Assembly: GCA_963754315.1 (NCBI GenBank)
Contig: CAVWFS010000019.1
Coordinates: forward strand, 640,001 to 704,000
DNA: 64,000 bases
Source: an uncultured Candidatus Rokubacteria bacterium
GTDB taxonomy: Bacteria > Methylomirabilota > Methylomirabilia > Rokubacteriales > CSP1-6
Direction of reading: 5' to 3'
The notes beneath the pieces were generated by a model, which was given only the letters and a program-made list of their open reading frames with translations, searched no databases and was not told the origin of the DNA. Shown here piece by piece: positions 31,198 through 41,624 of this stretch. Made by a program: the position numbers and the translations under genes. The first letter of the stretch is position 1; every line of letters starts with the position of its first letter.

Positions 31198-33650
31198 TGG
31201 CCACTGCACCTGCCGACGCCGGCGAGTTCGTCATTCCCGATGCCCTCCCCGTCTTGCCTCTCCGCGAGGTGGTGATCTTCCCGGTGACGGCGGTTCCCCT
31301 GGCCGTCGCCCAGCCACGGTCGCTGCGCCTCGTGGACGACGTGATGCGCGGCAATCGTCTCTTGGCGCTGGTGGCCCAGCGCGATGCCAAGACAGAGCCG
31401 GGAGCGCCGGAGGATCTTCATCGCATTGGCACGGTGGGAATGATTCATCAGCTCGTGCGCGTCCCCGACGGCGGCGTGCGCTTGATGATCCAGGGCATCG
31501 AGCGCATCCGCCTGCTGGACTGGGTCAGTACCGAGCCATACGTCGTCGCGCGGATCGAAGGGGCCCCGGAGCAGATGGTGCAGGCGCCGGAGGTCGACGC
31601 GTTGCGCCGGGCCGTGCTGGACATCTTCCGCCGGCTGGTGGCCGCCTCCTCGGAGTTGCCCGATGAGCTCGCGGCCGCCGCCGAGAGCTTCACCGATCCC
31701 CGTCACATCGTTTATTTCGTCGCGTCGATCACGGTGACCGACCTGGCCACGCGGCAGGAGATCTTGGAAGCGGACCCCGTTACGGCCAAGCTGCGCCGAC
31801 TCGTGGACGTCTTGCAGCGCGAGCTGGCCGTACGGGAGCTGGGTCGGAAGATCACCACCGACACCGAGGAGCGACTCTCCAAGAAGCAGCGAGAATTTTA
31901 CCTGCGCGAGCAGCTTCGGTCCATTCAGCGGGAGCTCGGCGAGGACGAGGGCGGCGACAGCCAGGTCGCCGAGCTGCGGCGCAAGATCGAAGAAGCCGGC
32001 CTTCCCGAGGAATCGCGACGAGAGACTGAACGCGAGCTGGCACGTCTGGCGAGTATCCCGCCCGCCTCGCCCGAGCACGGTATCGTCGTCACCTATCTCG
32101 AGTGGATGGCGAGCTTGCCCTGGAGCAAGCTGGCCGGTGGTCTCATCGACATCGGTAAGGCGCGACAGGTCCTCGACGAGGACCACTTCGATCTCGAGAA
32201 GATCAAGGATCGGATCCTCGAGTACCTGGCCGTGAAAAAGCTCCGGCAGGAGCGGGAAGCCGTGGCGGGTCAACCCGCTTCGGCCGAGCTCCCGGTGCCA
32301 GCTCAGCCGCCGCCAGTGACGGGCGACAGTCCGGCGCGGGAGCCCATCCTCTGTTTTGTGGGTCCGCCCGGCGTGGGCAAGACGAGTCTGGGCCAGAGCA
32401 TCGCCCGAGCCCTCGGCCGGCGCTTCGTGCGCATGTCGCTCGGCGGCGTGCGGGACGAAGCGGAGATCCGGGGTCATCGTCGGACCTACATCGGGGCGAT
32501 GCCGGGGAGGATCATCCAGGGAATCCGGCGCGCGGAGACGCGCGACCCCGTCTTCATGCTCGACGAGATCGACAAGATCGGCGCCGACTGGCGGGGCGAT
32601 CCCTCCTCGGCCTTGCTGGAGGTGCTGGATCCAGCTCAGAACAACACCTTCGTGGACAACTATCTTGGGGTCGCCTTCGACCTCTCCCAGGTGCTGTTCA
32701 TCGCTACCGCCAACACGCTCGACACCATCCCCGGACCGTTGCGGGACAGGATGGAGATCCTCACCCTATCCGGGTATACGGATGAGGAGAAGGTCGGAAT
32801 CGCCCGCCAGTACCTGATCCCCAAGCAGCTCGCTGCCCATGGTCTCGCCAGCCACGAGCTCTCGTTCGAACCCGACGCCATCCGCCAGATCGTGCGCAGC
32901 TACACCCGTGAGGCAGGCGTGAGGAATCTGGAGCGTGAGATTGCCACGGTGGCCCGCAAGGTGACCCGCCGGATCGCAGAGGGGCACCGCGAGCCGGTCC
33001 GGATCACGACCGACAACCTGGCCGAGTTCCTGAGCCGTCCCCGCTTCTTCGACGAGGTGGCTGAACGGACCACCCGCCCCGGTGTTGCCACCGGCCTGGC
33101 TTGGACACCGACCGGGGGAGATGTCCTGTTCGTGGAGGTCACCATGATGCCGAGCAACGAGGAGCGGCTCGTGCTCACCGGCATGCTGGGGGACGTCATG
33201 CGCGAGAGCGCCCAGGCAGCCGTCTCGTACGTGTGGTCCAACGCCGAGGCGCTCGACATCGAGCCCAAGCTCTTCGAGGGGAAGACCATCCACGTCCACG
33301 TGCCGGCCGGCGCCATTCCCAAGGATGGACCGTCGGCCGGGGTGACGATCGTGACTGCGCTGGCCTCCCTGGCGACACGGCGACCGGTACGAAGCGAGGT
33401 GGCCATGACCGGCGAGATCACCCTGCGCGGAAAGGTCCTCCCCGTGGGCGGGATCAAGGAGAAAGTTCTCGCCGCTCACCGCGCAGGGATCCGCACGGTC
33501 ATCCTCCCGCGCCGCAACGAGCGTGACGTCGAGGACGTGCCTGAAGAAGTCCGGCGGGAGCTGCGCTTCCTCTTCGTCGACGACGCCGAAGAAGTCCTGC
33601 GCCATGCCCTCACCCCGTCCGCGACCGCCGTCCCTCAGAGGTCGCGCTGA
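31197..33650 (+). CDS. lon: ATP-dependent Lon protease (endopeptidase La)
   Basis: LPVLPLR LON domain, [27 protein letters not shown] catalytic Ser and GGIKEK Lys. Confidence 0.97.
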   Translation: MATAPADAGEFVIPDALPVLPLREVVIFPVTAVPLAVAQPRSLRLVDDVMRGNRLLALVAQRDAKTEPGAPEDLHRIGTVGMIHQLVRVPDGGVRLMIQGIERIRLLDWVSTEPYVVARIEGAPEQMVQAPEVDALRRAVLDIFRRLVAASSELPDELAAAAESFTDPRHIVYFVASITVTDLATRQEILEADPVTAKLRRLVDVLQRELAVRELGRKITTDTEERLSKKQREFYLREQLRSIQRELGEDEGGDSQVAELRRKIEEAGLPEESRRETERELARLASIPPASPEHGIVVTYLEWMASLPWSKLAGGLIDIGKARQVLDEDHFDLEKIKDRILEYLAVKKLRQEREAVAGQPASAELPVPAQPPPVTGDSPAREPILCFVGPPGVGKTSLGQSIARALGRRFVRMSLGGVRDEAEIRGHRRTYIGAMPGRIIQGIRRAETRDPVFMLDEIDKIGADWRGDPSSALLEVLDPAQNNTFVDNYLGVAFDLSQVLFIATANTLDTIPGPLRDRMEILTLSGYTDEEKVGIARQYLIPKQLAAHGLASHELSFEPDAIRQIVRSYTREAGVRNLEREIATVARKVTRRIAEGHREPVRITTDNLAEFLSRPRFFDEVAERTTRPGVATGLAWTPTGGDVLFVEVTMMPSNEERLVLTGMLGDVMRESAQAAVSYVWSNAEALDIEPKLFEGKTIHVHVPAGAIPKDGPSAGVTIVTALASLATRRPVRSEVAMTGEITLRGKVLPVGGIKEKVLAAHRAGIRTVILPRRNERDVEDVPEEVRRELRFLFVDDAEEVLRHALTPSATAVPQRSR

Positions 33651-33669
33651 TGCTCTCAAGGAGGCCGCG

Positions 33670-35073
33670 ATGACAGGCCCGTCGCAATCGGCGCTTCCCC
33701 TGGAAACCCTCGACAAGGAGCGCGTGCTCCATCCGGCGACCTCTATTGCGGATCACCTGGTGACGGGCCCGCGCATCATGGCCGAGGGGGTCGGGCTCAC
33801 CCTGACCGATACCACCGGGCGACAGTATCTGGACGCGGTGGCCGGGCTCTGGTGCGTGGCCATCGGATACGGCCGCACGGAGGTCGCGGAGGCCATGGCC
33901 GCCCAGTCGCGGCGGCTGGCCTTCTACCACACGTTCACCTCGATGTCGAACGAGCCGCAGATCCGCCTGGCTGACCGCTTGCTCGCCCTCGCCCCCGGGC
34001 GCATGAGCAAGGTCTTCTTCGGCACCTCGGGCTCGGAGGCAAACGACACGCAGGTCAAGCTCGTGTGGTACTACAACAATCTCCGCGGCCGACCAGGCAA
34101 GAAGAAGATCATCGCGCGTCGCCAGGGCTTCCACGGCACGACCGTGGCGGCAGCCAGCCTCACCGGCATCGAGGCCTTTCATCGGGCCTTCGATCTTCCG
34201 CTCCCGCAGATCCTTCATACCTCACCGGCCTACCACTACCGCTATGCGGAACCCGGTCAGTCCGAGGAGGACTACGCGAGCGCGCTGGCGGCTGAGCTGG
34301 AGCAGCTCATCGAGCGCGAGGGGCCTGAGACGGTCGCTGCCTTCATTGCGGAGCCCGTGATGGGAGCAGGGGGCGTGGTGCCGCCCCCGCGCGGGTACTT
34401 CGAAAAGGTCCAGCGGGTGCTGCGTCGGCACGACGTGCTGATGATCGCCGACGAGGTCATCTGTGGCTTCGGGCGCCTGGGCCGCATGTTCGGGTCCGAG
34501 GTCTACGGAATCGAGCCTGATCTGGTGACGGTGGCCAAGCAGCTCACCAGCGGTTACTTTCCGCTCTCGGCCTGCTTTGTCTCCGAGGATATCTGGAACG
34601 CCCTGCGCGAGGGCTCTCCGGACCTGGGTCCGTTTGCTCACGGCTTCACCTACAGCGGCCATCCGGTCGGAGCGGCCGCCGCCCTGGCCAACCTTGACAT
34701 CGTGCTGAGCGAGGACTTGGTCGGCAACGCAGCGCGCGTGGGCCAGTACCTCCAGGAGCGTCTGCGCACGACGCTGGCCGGACATCCGCTGGTGGGCGAC
34801 GTGCGTGGGGTGGGCCTCATCGCCGGGGTGGAGTTGGTCGCCGATACGGTGACCCGTCAGCTCTTCGGGCCTGCCCTCAAGGTTGGGGCGCGCATCGCCC
34901 AGCGCTGCATGGAGGACGGGCTCATCGTGCGACCGCTGCCGGGCGGCCACGTCATCGCGCTGTCACCGCCGCTCTGCATCACGCGGGCGCAGGTGGACTA
35001 CATTGTGGAGGGTCTCACCCGAGGCATCGATCGCGTCAGCGACGAGCTGACCCGTGAGGGCGTGGCCCACTAG
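33670..35073 (+). CDS. Class III aminotransferase (omega-amino acid:pyruvate type)
   Basis: AGLWC, SGSEAND, FHG, AEPVMGAGG, DEVICGFGR, VAKQLTSGY (PLP Lys) and HGFTYSGHP. Confidence 0.93.
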   Translation: MTGPSQSALPLETLDKERVLHPATSIADHLVTGPRIMAEGVGLTLTDTTGRQYLDAVAGLWCVAIGYGRTEVAEAMAAQSRRLAFYHTFTSMSNEPQIRLADRLLALAPGRMSKVFFGTSGSEANDTQVKLVWYYNNLRGRPGKKKIIARRQGFHGTTVAAASLTGIEAFHRAFDLPLPQILHTSPAYHYRYAEPGQSEEDYASALAAELEQLIEREGPETVAAFIAEPVMGAGGVVPPPRGYFEKVQRVLRRHDVLMIADEVICGFGRLGRMFGSEVYGIEPDLVTVAKQLTSGYFPLSACFVSEDIWNALREGSPDLGPFAHGFTYSGHPVGAAAALANLDIVLSEDLVGNAARVGQYLQERLRTTLAGHPLVGDVRGVGLIAGVELVADTVTRQLFGPALKVGARIAQRCMEDGLIVRPLPGGHVIALSPPLCITRAQVDYIVEGLTRGIDRVSDELTREGVAH

Positions 35074-35086
35074 GAGACATATCGTC

Positions 35087-35854
35087 ATGACCACGGAGAG
35101 CCATCGCGAGCAGATTCTCGATCAGTTCACGCGGCAAGCCGTGCCGTTCTCGACCTCTCCCGCCGTCAAGGACGAGCAGGCCTTGCGGCAGGTCGTGGAG
35201 TTCAGTGGAGCCAGTGCGGACGACACGGTGCTCGACGTGGCCTGCGGGCCAGGCATCCTGGCCTGCGCCTTCGCGCGCGTGGTACGCCATGTGACGGGCA
35301 TCGACCTGACGCCGGCCATGCTCGACCGCGCCCGGGCCCTCGCCGCCGAGCGGCGATTGACCAACATCACATGGCAACAAGGCGACGTCCTCCCGCTCCC
35401 ATTCCCTGACGGCAGGTTCACGATCGTGACGGCGCGCTTCGCCTTCCACCATTTCCTCGATCCGGGCGCCGTGCTGTGTGAGATGCGCCGCGTGTGCGCC
35501 CCCGGCGGCCGCGTGGTGGTCGTCGATAGCGCGCCGGCCGTCGACAAGGCCGACGCCTTCAATCGCGTGGAGAAGCTTCGCGACCCGTCGCACACACGTG
35601 CCATGCCCGTCGAGGAACACCGGGAGCTTTACCGCAAGGCGGAGCTGCCCGAGCCGCGGGTGACATGGTATCGCCTGGAGGGTGAGCTGGAGGGCCTGCT
35701 GAAGCGCTCATTCCCCAACCCCGGCGACGACGAGAAAATCCGGCGGCTATTCGAGGCCTCCGTCATCGACGACAGCCTGGGCATCCAGGCCCGGCGGGAG
35801 GATGGGCGCATCCACTACGGCTACCCGGTCGCCGTCCTCGTGGCCGATCGATGA
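35087..35854 (+). CDS. Class I SAM-dependent methyltransferase
   Basis: VLDVACGPG, LPFPDGRF, AFHHF and EKLRDPSH motifs. Confidence 0.9.
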   Translation: MTTESHREQILDQFTRQAVPFSTSPAVKDEQALRQVVEFSGASADDTVLDVACGPGILACAFARVVRHVTGIDLTPAMLDRARALAAERRLTNITWQQGDVLPLPFPDGRFTIVTARFAFHHFLDPGAVLCEMRRVCAPGGRVVVVDSAPAVDKADAFNRVEKLRDPSHTRAMPVEEHRELYRKAELPEPRVTWYRLEGELEGLLKRSFPNPGDDEKIRRLFEASVIDDSLGIQARREDGRIHYGYPVAVLVADR

Positions 35855-36519
35855 AGATCGTCGATCTCAGCTTCCCGATCCGACCCCACTTCCGCTGGGC
35901 GGTAGCGCGCGAGATCCGATCGTCGCACGCACGGGGCGACAACTTCGAGTCTTCGGTGATGACGTTGGCCTGTCACGCCTACACCCATGTGGATGCGCCC
36001 CGGCACTTCCTGCCCGGCGACCGCTCCATCACGGACATGCCGGTCGACCAGTGGATCGGGGAAGCAGCCGTGGTCGATCTCACCCATCTCGGCGCCAACG
36101 GCGAGGTTACCGCCGCCGAACTCGAGGGGCGGGCGCAGCACGTGCGGGCCGGCGACATCGCGCTGCTCCGCACGGACTGGCCGCTCCGGACGAGCGTGGA
36201 CGATGAGCGCTTCTGGCGCGACGCCCCCTACACGGGCCCCAGCGCCTGCCAGTGGCTGGTGGCGCGGGGCGTGAAGGCGGTAGGCTACGACTATCCGCCG
36301 GACTACGCTGTGCGAATCTCCATCTTCGAGAAGGATCGGCGCATTCCGCGCGAGGACAACACCACCCACTACATCTTCTTCCCGGCCGGGATCACTGTAA
36401 TCGAGTACTTGACCAATCTGGACCAGATCGGGGCCCCCCGCTGTCGTTTCCTGGCGCTTCCCCTCAAGCTGGAGGGTGCTGACGGCTCTCCCGTCCGCGC
36501 CGTCGCCTGGGTGGATTGA
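35851..36519 (+). CDS. Cyclase family (kynurenine formamidase-like) metal hydrolase
   Basis: HAYTHVDAP.HF, IEYLTNL and LPLKLEGADGSPVRAVA motifs. Confidence 0.9.
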   Translation: MKIVDLSFPIRPHFRWAVAREIRSSHARGDNFESSVMTLACHAYTHVDAPRHFLPGDRSITDMPVDQWIGEAAVVDLTHLGANGEVTAAELEGRAQHVRAGDIALLRTDWPLRTSVDDERFWRDAPYTGPSACQWLVARGVKAVGYDYPPDYAVRISIFEKDRRIPREDNTTHYIFFPAGITVIEYLTNLDQIGAPRCRFLALPLKLEGADGSPVRAVAWVD

Positions 36520-36695
36520 ATGTAACGAGTCGCGCTTCTCCGTCGAGCGCGAAGGGGTCGGTCGGGCTCGGCCTCATCGCGACTTTGGTCTTGAGTCTCA
36601 ATGGGATGCTCACCGCTGACGCGCAGCCGGCCGGAAGGCTCTGGCGGATCGGTTATCTGTCACGCGTTTCGGGGGAGCTCCCCAGGGCTGGCTAG
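36516..36695 (+). pseudogene. Truncated N-terminal relic of an ABC substrate-binding protein (ABC_sub_bind-like)
   Basis: Manual translation ...VGLGLIATLVLSLNGMLTADA-QPAGRLWRIGYLS RVSGELPRAG*: a signal peptide plus the 'AQ-x-x-x-x-x-x-RIG-x-L' start, then a stop. Confidence 0.5.
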
Positions 36696-37198
36696 GCTGA
36701 GGTAACCAAGCCGGGCCGCAGCCGCCAGCGGATCCCGGCGACATTGGGCACGAACTCCACCTTGTCGCCGTGGGCATCCTCCATACCCAGCGGGTGATGG
36801 ACAAGCTCGATCATGTTGCCGTCAGGGTCGTGGACGTACGTGTAATGTTCGCCGCTGTACTCGCGGCGGCCCTGGTAGGGATCGGTCCCGCCGATGTTCG
36901 CTGCAACACTCGCCGCCGACGTCCGCACGTGCGGCACGCCCAGCGCATCGAGGTGAGCGAGCAGGCCGTCCCAGTCGTCGATTTCGAGGGCAAAGTGGCT
37001 GGAGGGGGTGGGGGCAGGAAGCGGAGTTTCACTGAAGTGAATTTCGCCGGTACCGAGGCGCAACTGAAGCTGTCGTTTGTTGAGCTCGGGGCCACGGTCG
37101 AGGAACTCTGCGCCCAGTACCTTCTCGTACCATTCCCGCGTCCGCTCGCGATTGCTGATAGGCACGTTGATGTGATGGATCAGCTTGATCTTTGACAT
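36692..37198 (-). CDS. VOC (glyoxalase/bleomycin resistance) family protein
   Basis: IHHINV, WYEKVLG, HFALEI and YVHDPDGNMIEL motifs. Confidence 0.88.
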   Translation of the reverse strand: MSKIKLIHHINVPISNRERTREWYEKVLGAEFLDRGPELNKRQLQLRLGTGEIHFSETPLPAPTPSSHFALEIDDWDGLLAHLDALGVPHVRTSAASVAANIGGTDPYQGRREYSGEHYTYVHDPDGNMIELVHHPLGMEDAHGDKVEFVPNVAGIRWRLRPGLVTSA

Positions 37199-37282
37199 GG
37201 CGTCCTCCGCGAGCTCCTCCAGGAATCTTCCCACCTTCCGGAGCCGCTGTCGAAGGGTGGCCTGGCGGGAGCGCGGAGACTT

Positions 37283-38110
37283 CTATTTCAGGCTGGCGAA
37301 GGTGAAGGCACGGATGATGTGACGCTGGGCCACCACGAAGACGGCCAGCACGGGCGCCACCACGAACATGCTGCCGGCCATGATGATGTGCCAGCGGGCC
37401 CCGGTGCCCTCCTCGCGCAGCATGGCCACTCCCACCGGAAGGGTGCGCACAGTATCGTTGGTCGTCATGACCAGGGGCCAGAAGAAATCATTCCAGTGGT
37501 AGACCACGCTGAAGAGCGAGAAGGCGATGATCGTCGGCTTCACCATGGGAACCATGACCCGGAAAATCAGGGTGAAGACGCCCGCCCCGTCCACCCGGGC
37601 CGCGTCCACGATGTCGTCGCTGACCTGCATGAAGGCCTCGCGGATGAGGAAGGTCCCCAGGGCAGACACGGCATAGGGAAGAATGAGGGCCGTGTAGGTG
37701 TTGATGAGCCCGAGGTGACTGAAGAGAAGATAGAGCGGCACGAAGCGCACCTGGGGCGGCACGATCAGGCAGGCGATCACAACCAGAAAGCAGGCATCTC
37801 GACCCGGGAAGCGGAGCTTGCTGAAGGCAAACGCAGCCAGGCATCCGAGCACGAGCTGCGAGATCAGGATTCCGGCCGTCTGGACGGCATTGTTCACGAA
37901 GTAGCGCAGGAAGGGCCCTGAGTTCCAGGCCTTGGCATAATTATCCCACTGGGGCGGGCGGGGCACGAGCGTCGGCGGAAACTGGGTCACGCTGGCCAGG
38001 TCCTTCAGCGACGTCGCCATCATCCACACGTAAGGGAAAACCTCGACGAGGGCCACCACGGCCAACGCGGCCAGGGTGAGCCAGCGGATGAAAGGGGTCG
38101 CGCTTGTCAT
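37283..38110 (-). CDS. Carbohydrate (Ugp/Mal-type) ABC permease, UgpE-like
   Basis: DAARVDGA EAA motif and WNDFFWPL..T...RTLPVG. Confidence 0.92.
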   Translation of the reverse strand: MTSATPFIRWLTLAALAVVALVEVFPYVWMMATSLKDLASVTQFPPTLVPRPPQWDNYAKAWNSGPFLRYFVNNAVQTAGILISQLVLGCLAAFAFSKLRFPGRDACFLVVIACLIVPPQVRFVPLYLLFSHLGLINTYTALILPYAVSALGTFLIREAFMQVSDDIVDAARVDGAGVFTLIFRVMVPMVKPTIIAFSLFSVVYHWNDFFWPLVMTTNDTVRTLPVGVAMLREEGTGARWHIIMAGSMFVVAPVLAVFVVAQRHIIRAFTFASLK

Positions 38111-38120
38111 GCCCGTCGCC

Positions 38121-39002
38121 TCACACGGTGTATTGGAGCCGTCGTCGTAGGAGCATCCACTGGGCGAGCGTCAGCAACAGGATCAGAACGAAGAAAATGA
38201 CGACCGCCGCCGAGGCCTTGCCGAGCTTGAAGTACTGAAACGCTTGCTCGTAGATGTAGTAGACGTAGATCACCGTCGAGGTGACCGGTCCCCCCTGAGT
38301 CATGATCTTCACGACGTCAAAGCCCTGAAAGCTGGCGATGGTCAGAGTGACCAGCAGGAAGAGGGTGGTCGGCGTCAGGAGCGGCCACGTGATGAAACGG
38401 AACCGGTTCCAGCCCGTGGCCCCGTCGAGAGCGGCCGCCTCGTGGAAGTCAGCCGGGATGGCTTGCAGCCCGGCCAGGTAGATCACCATGGGGTAGCCGA
38501 TCGTCTTCCAGACCGTCACCAGGACCAGAGTCCAAAGGGCCACGTGGGGATCCCCCAGCCAGTTTACGGAGGGCAGTCCCACCAGGCGGAGGAGAAAGGT
38601 CACCAGTCCGTATTGTGGGTCGAGCATCCAGATCCAGAGCAGCGAGACAGCCACCCAGGACACGATGTAGGAGGTGAAAATCGCTGCTTGGAGGGTGGCA
38701 CTGCCGCGGCTTCGGTTGTTGAGAAGCAGGGCCAGGATCAGCCCGAGCCCCAGCGCGAGCACCACGACGCCGGCGGAGTACTGCGCGGTGTTGGTGATCA
38801 CCTCCCGGAACTCGTCGGAAGCCAGATCGCGGTAGTTAGCGAGCCCCACGTAGCGCTTGGGCGTGATCAGGTCCCACTGGAAGAGGCTGATGTAAGCCGA
38901 GTAGACAACCGGGTAGATGTAGACGAGCCCGAAGAGAAGGAGGGACGGGGCGAGAAGGGCATAGCCCAGCCACGCTTCTCTCCAGGCGCGCGAAGACGTC
39001 AA
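38121..39002 (-). CDS. Carbohydrate (Ugp/Mal-type) ABC permease, UgpA-like
   Basis: YVGLANY, LAGLQAIP..FHEAAALDGA and MTQGGP motifs. Confidence 0.92.
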   Translation of the reverse strand: MTSSRAWREAWLGYALLAPSLLLFGLVYIYPVVYSAYISLFQWDLITPKRYVGLANYRDLASDEFREVITNTAQYSAGVVVLALGLGLILALLLNNRSRGSATLQAAIFTSYIVSWVAVSLLWIWMLDPQYGLVTFLLRLVGLPSVNWLGDPHVALWTLVLVTVWKTIGYPMVIYLAGLQAIPADFHEAAALDGATGWNRFRFITWPLLTPTTLFLLVTLTIASFQGFDVVKIMTQGGPVTSTVIYVYYIYEQAFQYFKLGKASAAVVIFFVLILLLTLAQWMLLRRRLQYTV

Positions 39003-39005
39003 GGG

Positions 39006-40292
39006 TCAGTCTTTGTACCTACCGATGATCTCGTTGGCCTTGCCCTCGGCGGCGGCCATGGCGTCGGCGACTGACTTCGTTCCCACCACCGGTGCCTCCA
39101 GGTTGGGCTGCACCGCCTCGCGGTACACCTCAAAGAGGGCGGGGGAGAACGGGAACTTCTGGGCGAACTTGAGCTGGTCGAGAGCCACTTTGTAGTTGGG
39201 GTTCTCCTTGTAGAAGGATTGCATTTCCGGCGAGTTGATGGCGGAAAGCCGGATGGGCATATAGCCGGTGGCCTTGGACAGCGAGATGGTCTGGGCAGGG
39301 TCGGTCATCCACTTGATGAAGGCCCATCCCGCCTCCTTCTGGGGGGCGGGGGCGTCCTTGAGCATCACGAAGAAGGTCCCGCCCGTCGGCACGGCCGCCT
39401 TCGCCTTGGCCGGGAGGAAAGCAGTGCCCACCTTGAACTTGGCGTTCTCGGTGATGTAGTTCAGAAAAGCTGTCGAGGTGAAGATCATGGCCACCCGGCT
39501 GTTCAGGAAGTCGGTGTTGGCCACCTCCCACGCGCTGTAGTCCTTGCCGGGCGGCTGCTTCATGGTCTTGTCCTTTTGGACCATGTCGACCCAGAACTGC
39601 AGCGCCTCTCCGCCCTTGTCTCGGAAGGCCGCGCGCTTGCCGTCGGCCGACATCAGCGTTCCGCCCGCCTGGTGCAGCAGGGCGAACCAGAACCACCAGT
39701 CGACAGGCACTTCGAAGCCGTACGTCTTGACGTCGCTCCCCTCGCGCACGGTCAGCTTCTCCGCCCCCGTCCGGAGTTCGTCCCAGGTGGTCGGCACCCT
39801 CACCCCCTTGGCGGCCAGCATCTCGGCGTTGTAGTAGAGAATCGGGGTGGAGCGGAAAAAGGGCAGGGCGAAGAGCGGCGGGGCTGGCTTGCCGAGGTAG
39901 TCGAAGTACCCGTTCTGCGTCTGGGCGGGGAGGAAGTCGGCGAGGTCGGTCCCGTTGGGGCCCTTGGCGTAGGACTCCATGTTCTCCAGCAGACCAGCCT
40001 GCCAGAGATTGGGCAGGAACTCGCCTACCACATGGAAGATGGGCGGCGCCGTCTTGGTGATGGAGGCTGCCCGAATCTTGGCGATAGCCTGGAAGTAGTC
40101 GCCCTGGAAGGCGCCCTCGATGCGGTACTTGGTCTGCGACTCGTTGAACTTCTTGATGTGGGCCTCGGTCACCTCGCGATTCTTGCCCCCGAAGGCGTAC
40201 CAGAACTGCGCCACGATCGGTTGCTGGGCTGCGGCCGGGCTGGCGATTGCCCAGAGCGTCGCCACCAGTACTGCTGTTGCCAGTCGTCGCAT
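39006..40292 (-). CDS. ABC substrate-binding protein, UgpB-like (glycerol-3-phosphate/sugar family)
   Basis: Signal peptide, LPFFRSTPILYYN, PTTWDEL, VPTGG and AGWAFIKW...TGYMP. Start is ATG 40292 or GTG 40298. Confidence 0.88.
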   Translation of the reverse strand: MRRLATAVLVATLWAIASPAAAQQPIVAQFWYAFGGKNREVTEAHIKKFNESQTKYRIEGAFQGDYFQAIAKIRAASITKTAPPIFHVVGEFLPNLWQAGLLENMESYAKGPNGTDLADFLPAQTQNGYFDYLGKPAPPLFALPFFRSTPILYYNAEMLAAKGVRVPTTWDELRTGAEKLTVREGSDVKTYGFEVPVDWWFWFALLHQAGGTLMSADGKRAAFRDKGGEALQFWVDMVQKDKTMKQPPGKDYSAWEVANTDFLNSRVAMIFTSTAFLNYITENAKFKVGTAFLPAKAKAAVPTGGTFFVMLKDAPAPQKEAGWAFIKWMTDPAQTISLSKATGYMPIRLSAINSPEMQSFYKENPNYKVALDQLKFAQKFPFSPALFEVYREAVQPNLEAPVVGTKSVADAMAAAEGKANEIIGRYKD

Positions 40293-40294
40293 GA

Positions 40295-41541
40295 TCACGT
40301 GTCTCCTCCGCGCCCCGGGTGTACGCCTCGGTCGAAGCAGGCGGCGCAAAGCTCCCCCTCGACCTCTCGTCCCTCATAGACGATGCGATGAAGCCCCCGC
40401 AGGAGGGGCACCTCGCGCACCTTCCGCTCGCGCGCATAGCGCCAGCACCAATGGATGGCGGCGTATCCCTCCGTCAGCTCGTCGCGCGCCCGCAAGGTCT
40501 GCACCACCTCCGTGGTGGGGCGGCCGGCACCGCGCAATTCCCCGAAGATCCGGTTGCGTCCAGCCATGCCCGTCACGTGAAGATCGCCGGCCGCGCCTAG
40601 GCCGTACACAGTTTCCGGGCGCGCGCGGACGGTTTGGGCGAGGCGTGCCATCTCGGCCAGAGCTTGGGTGAAGAGTGCCGACTTGGTGTTGTACATGCCC
40701 TCCGCGCGGCCGGCCTGCACGAGTCCGTCACACAGCCCGATGGCGATGGCGTACGCATTCTTGAGCGCCGAGCACAGCTCGAGGCCGCGTTGATCGATAC
40801 TCTCGACGATTCGGTAGTACGGCGTCTGGAGCCAGCGCCGGGCGCGGCGTCGAGCGGCCACATCGGGTGATGCATAGATGACGGCGGTGGGGACCGGGCG
40901 CGCCAGCTCGAGGGCCTCGGAGGGACCACCCACGGAGACGAGCCTGAACGGCACCGCTGCCCTGATCGCCGTGGAGAGGATCACCGCGCGGCCACCCTTT
41001 TCGGCGAGCCCCTTGGAGACCGTAAGCACGGGCACCCGCAGGCGAATGAAGGGTGCCGCCCGCGTGAGAACTGCCACCGTCCCAGGATGATCGGGAACGT
41101 AGAGAAGATCGACACCGAGCGCATCGCACAGGATCTGCCGCCACAGGCGGCTACGGGCGCCTCCGTTCACGGCGACGACTTCGTGGAAGACCAGGCCGCG
41201 CTCTCGCGCGACCTCGGCGCAGTGACGGAACGACAGAGCCACTCCCTCCAGGACGGCACGGTACAGGTGGCCACGCCCATGCGCCAGCGAGAGTCCGGTG
41301 AAGGCGCCACGCGCTCCGGCGTCCCACACCGGACTTCGCTCGCCTTGCAGGTACGGGAGCAGGGAATCAGACGTACGGCGTCCCACCAGACGAGCGCATC
41401 TGCCTCTGCCCACCCGGGTTGGGGGATCGTGTAACCACATGGGATCTCTCTGGAGGCGAGGGCGCGCCCCGTGAGATCGAAGGCCACTCCTTTCACGGAG
41501 GAGGTTCCGAGATCGACGCCGAGGAGGGCGGAGACCTTCAT
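40295..41541 (-). pseudogene. Chimeric relic: FGGY carbohydrate kinase (N- and C-terminal pieces) fused to the C-terminal two thirds of a GpsA-like glycerol-3-phosphate dehydrogenase
   Basis: LGVDLGTSSVK...PQPGWAE (41541 to about 41370); then in another frame LPYLQGER...RAVLEGV...GGARSRLWRQI (to about 41075); then VSKGL...GGPS...ALKNAYAIAIG...GDLHVT...GRN..FG...EGY (GpsA). No GxGxxG Rossmann motif is present. Confidence 0.8.
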
Positions 41542-41551
41542 GAGCGCCGCA

Positions 41552-41605
41552 ATTATAATGAAGATTCACGGGCGCGAGCGTGAATTGGGGATGACTCGCG
41601 TCATC
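41552..41605. promoter_or_regulatory. Palindromic bidirectional -10 (ATTATAAT) plus two inverted repeats
   Basis: TATAAT on both strands at 41552-41559; ATTCACG-N8-CGTGAAT at 41564-41585; GATGAC-N4-GTCATC at 41590-41605. Lies between divergent operons. Confidence 0.55.
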
Positions 41606-41624
41606 ACGTCGTCATCGAGGGCCC

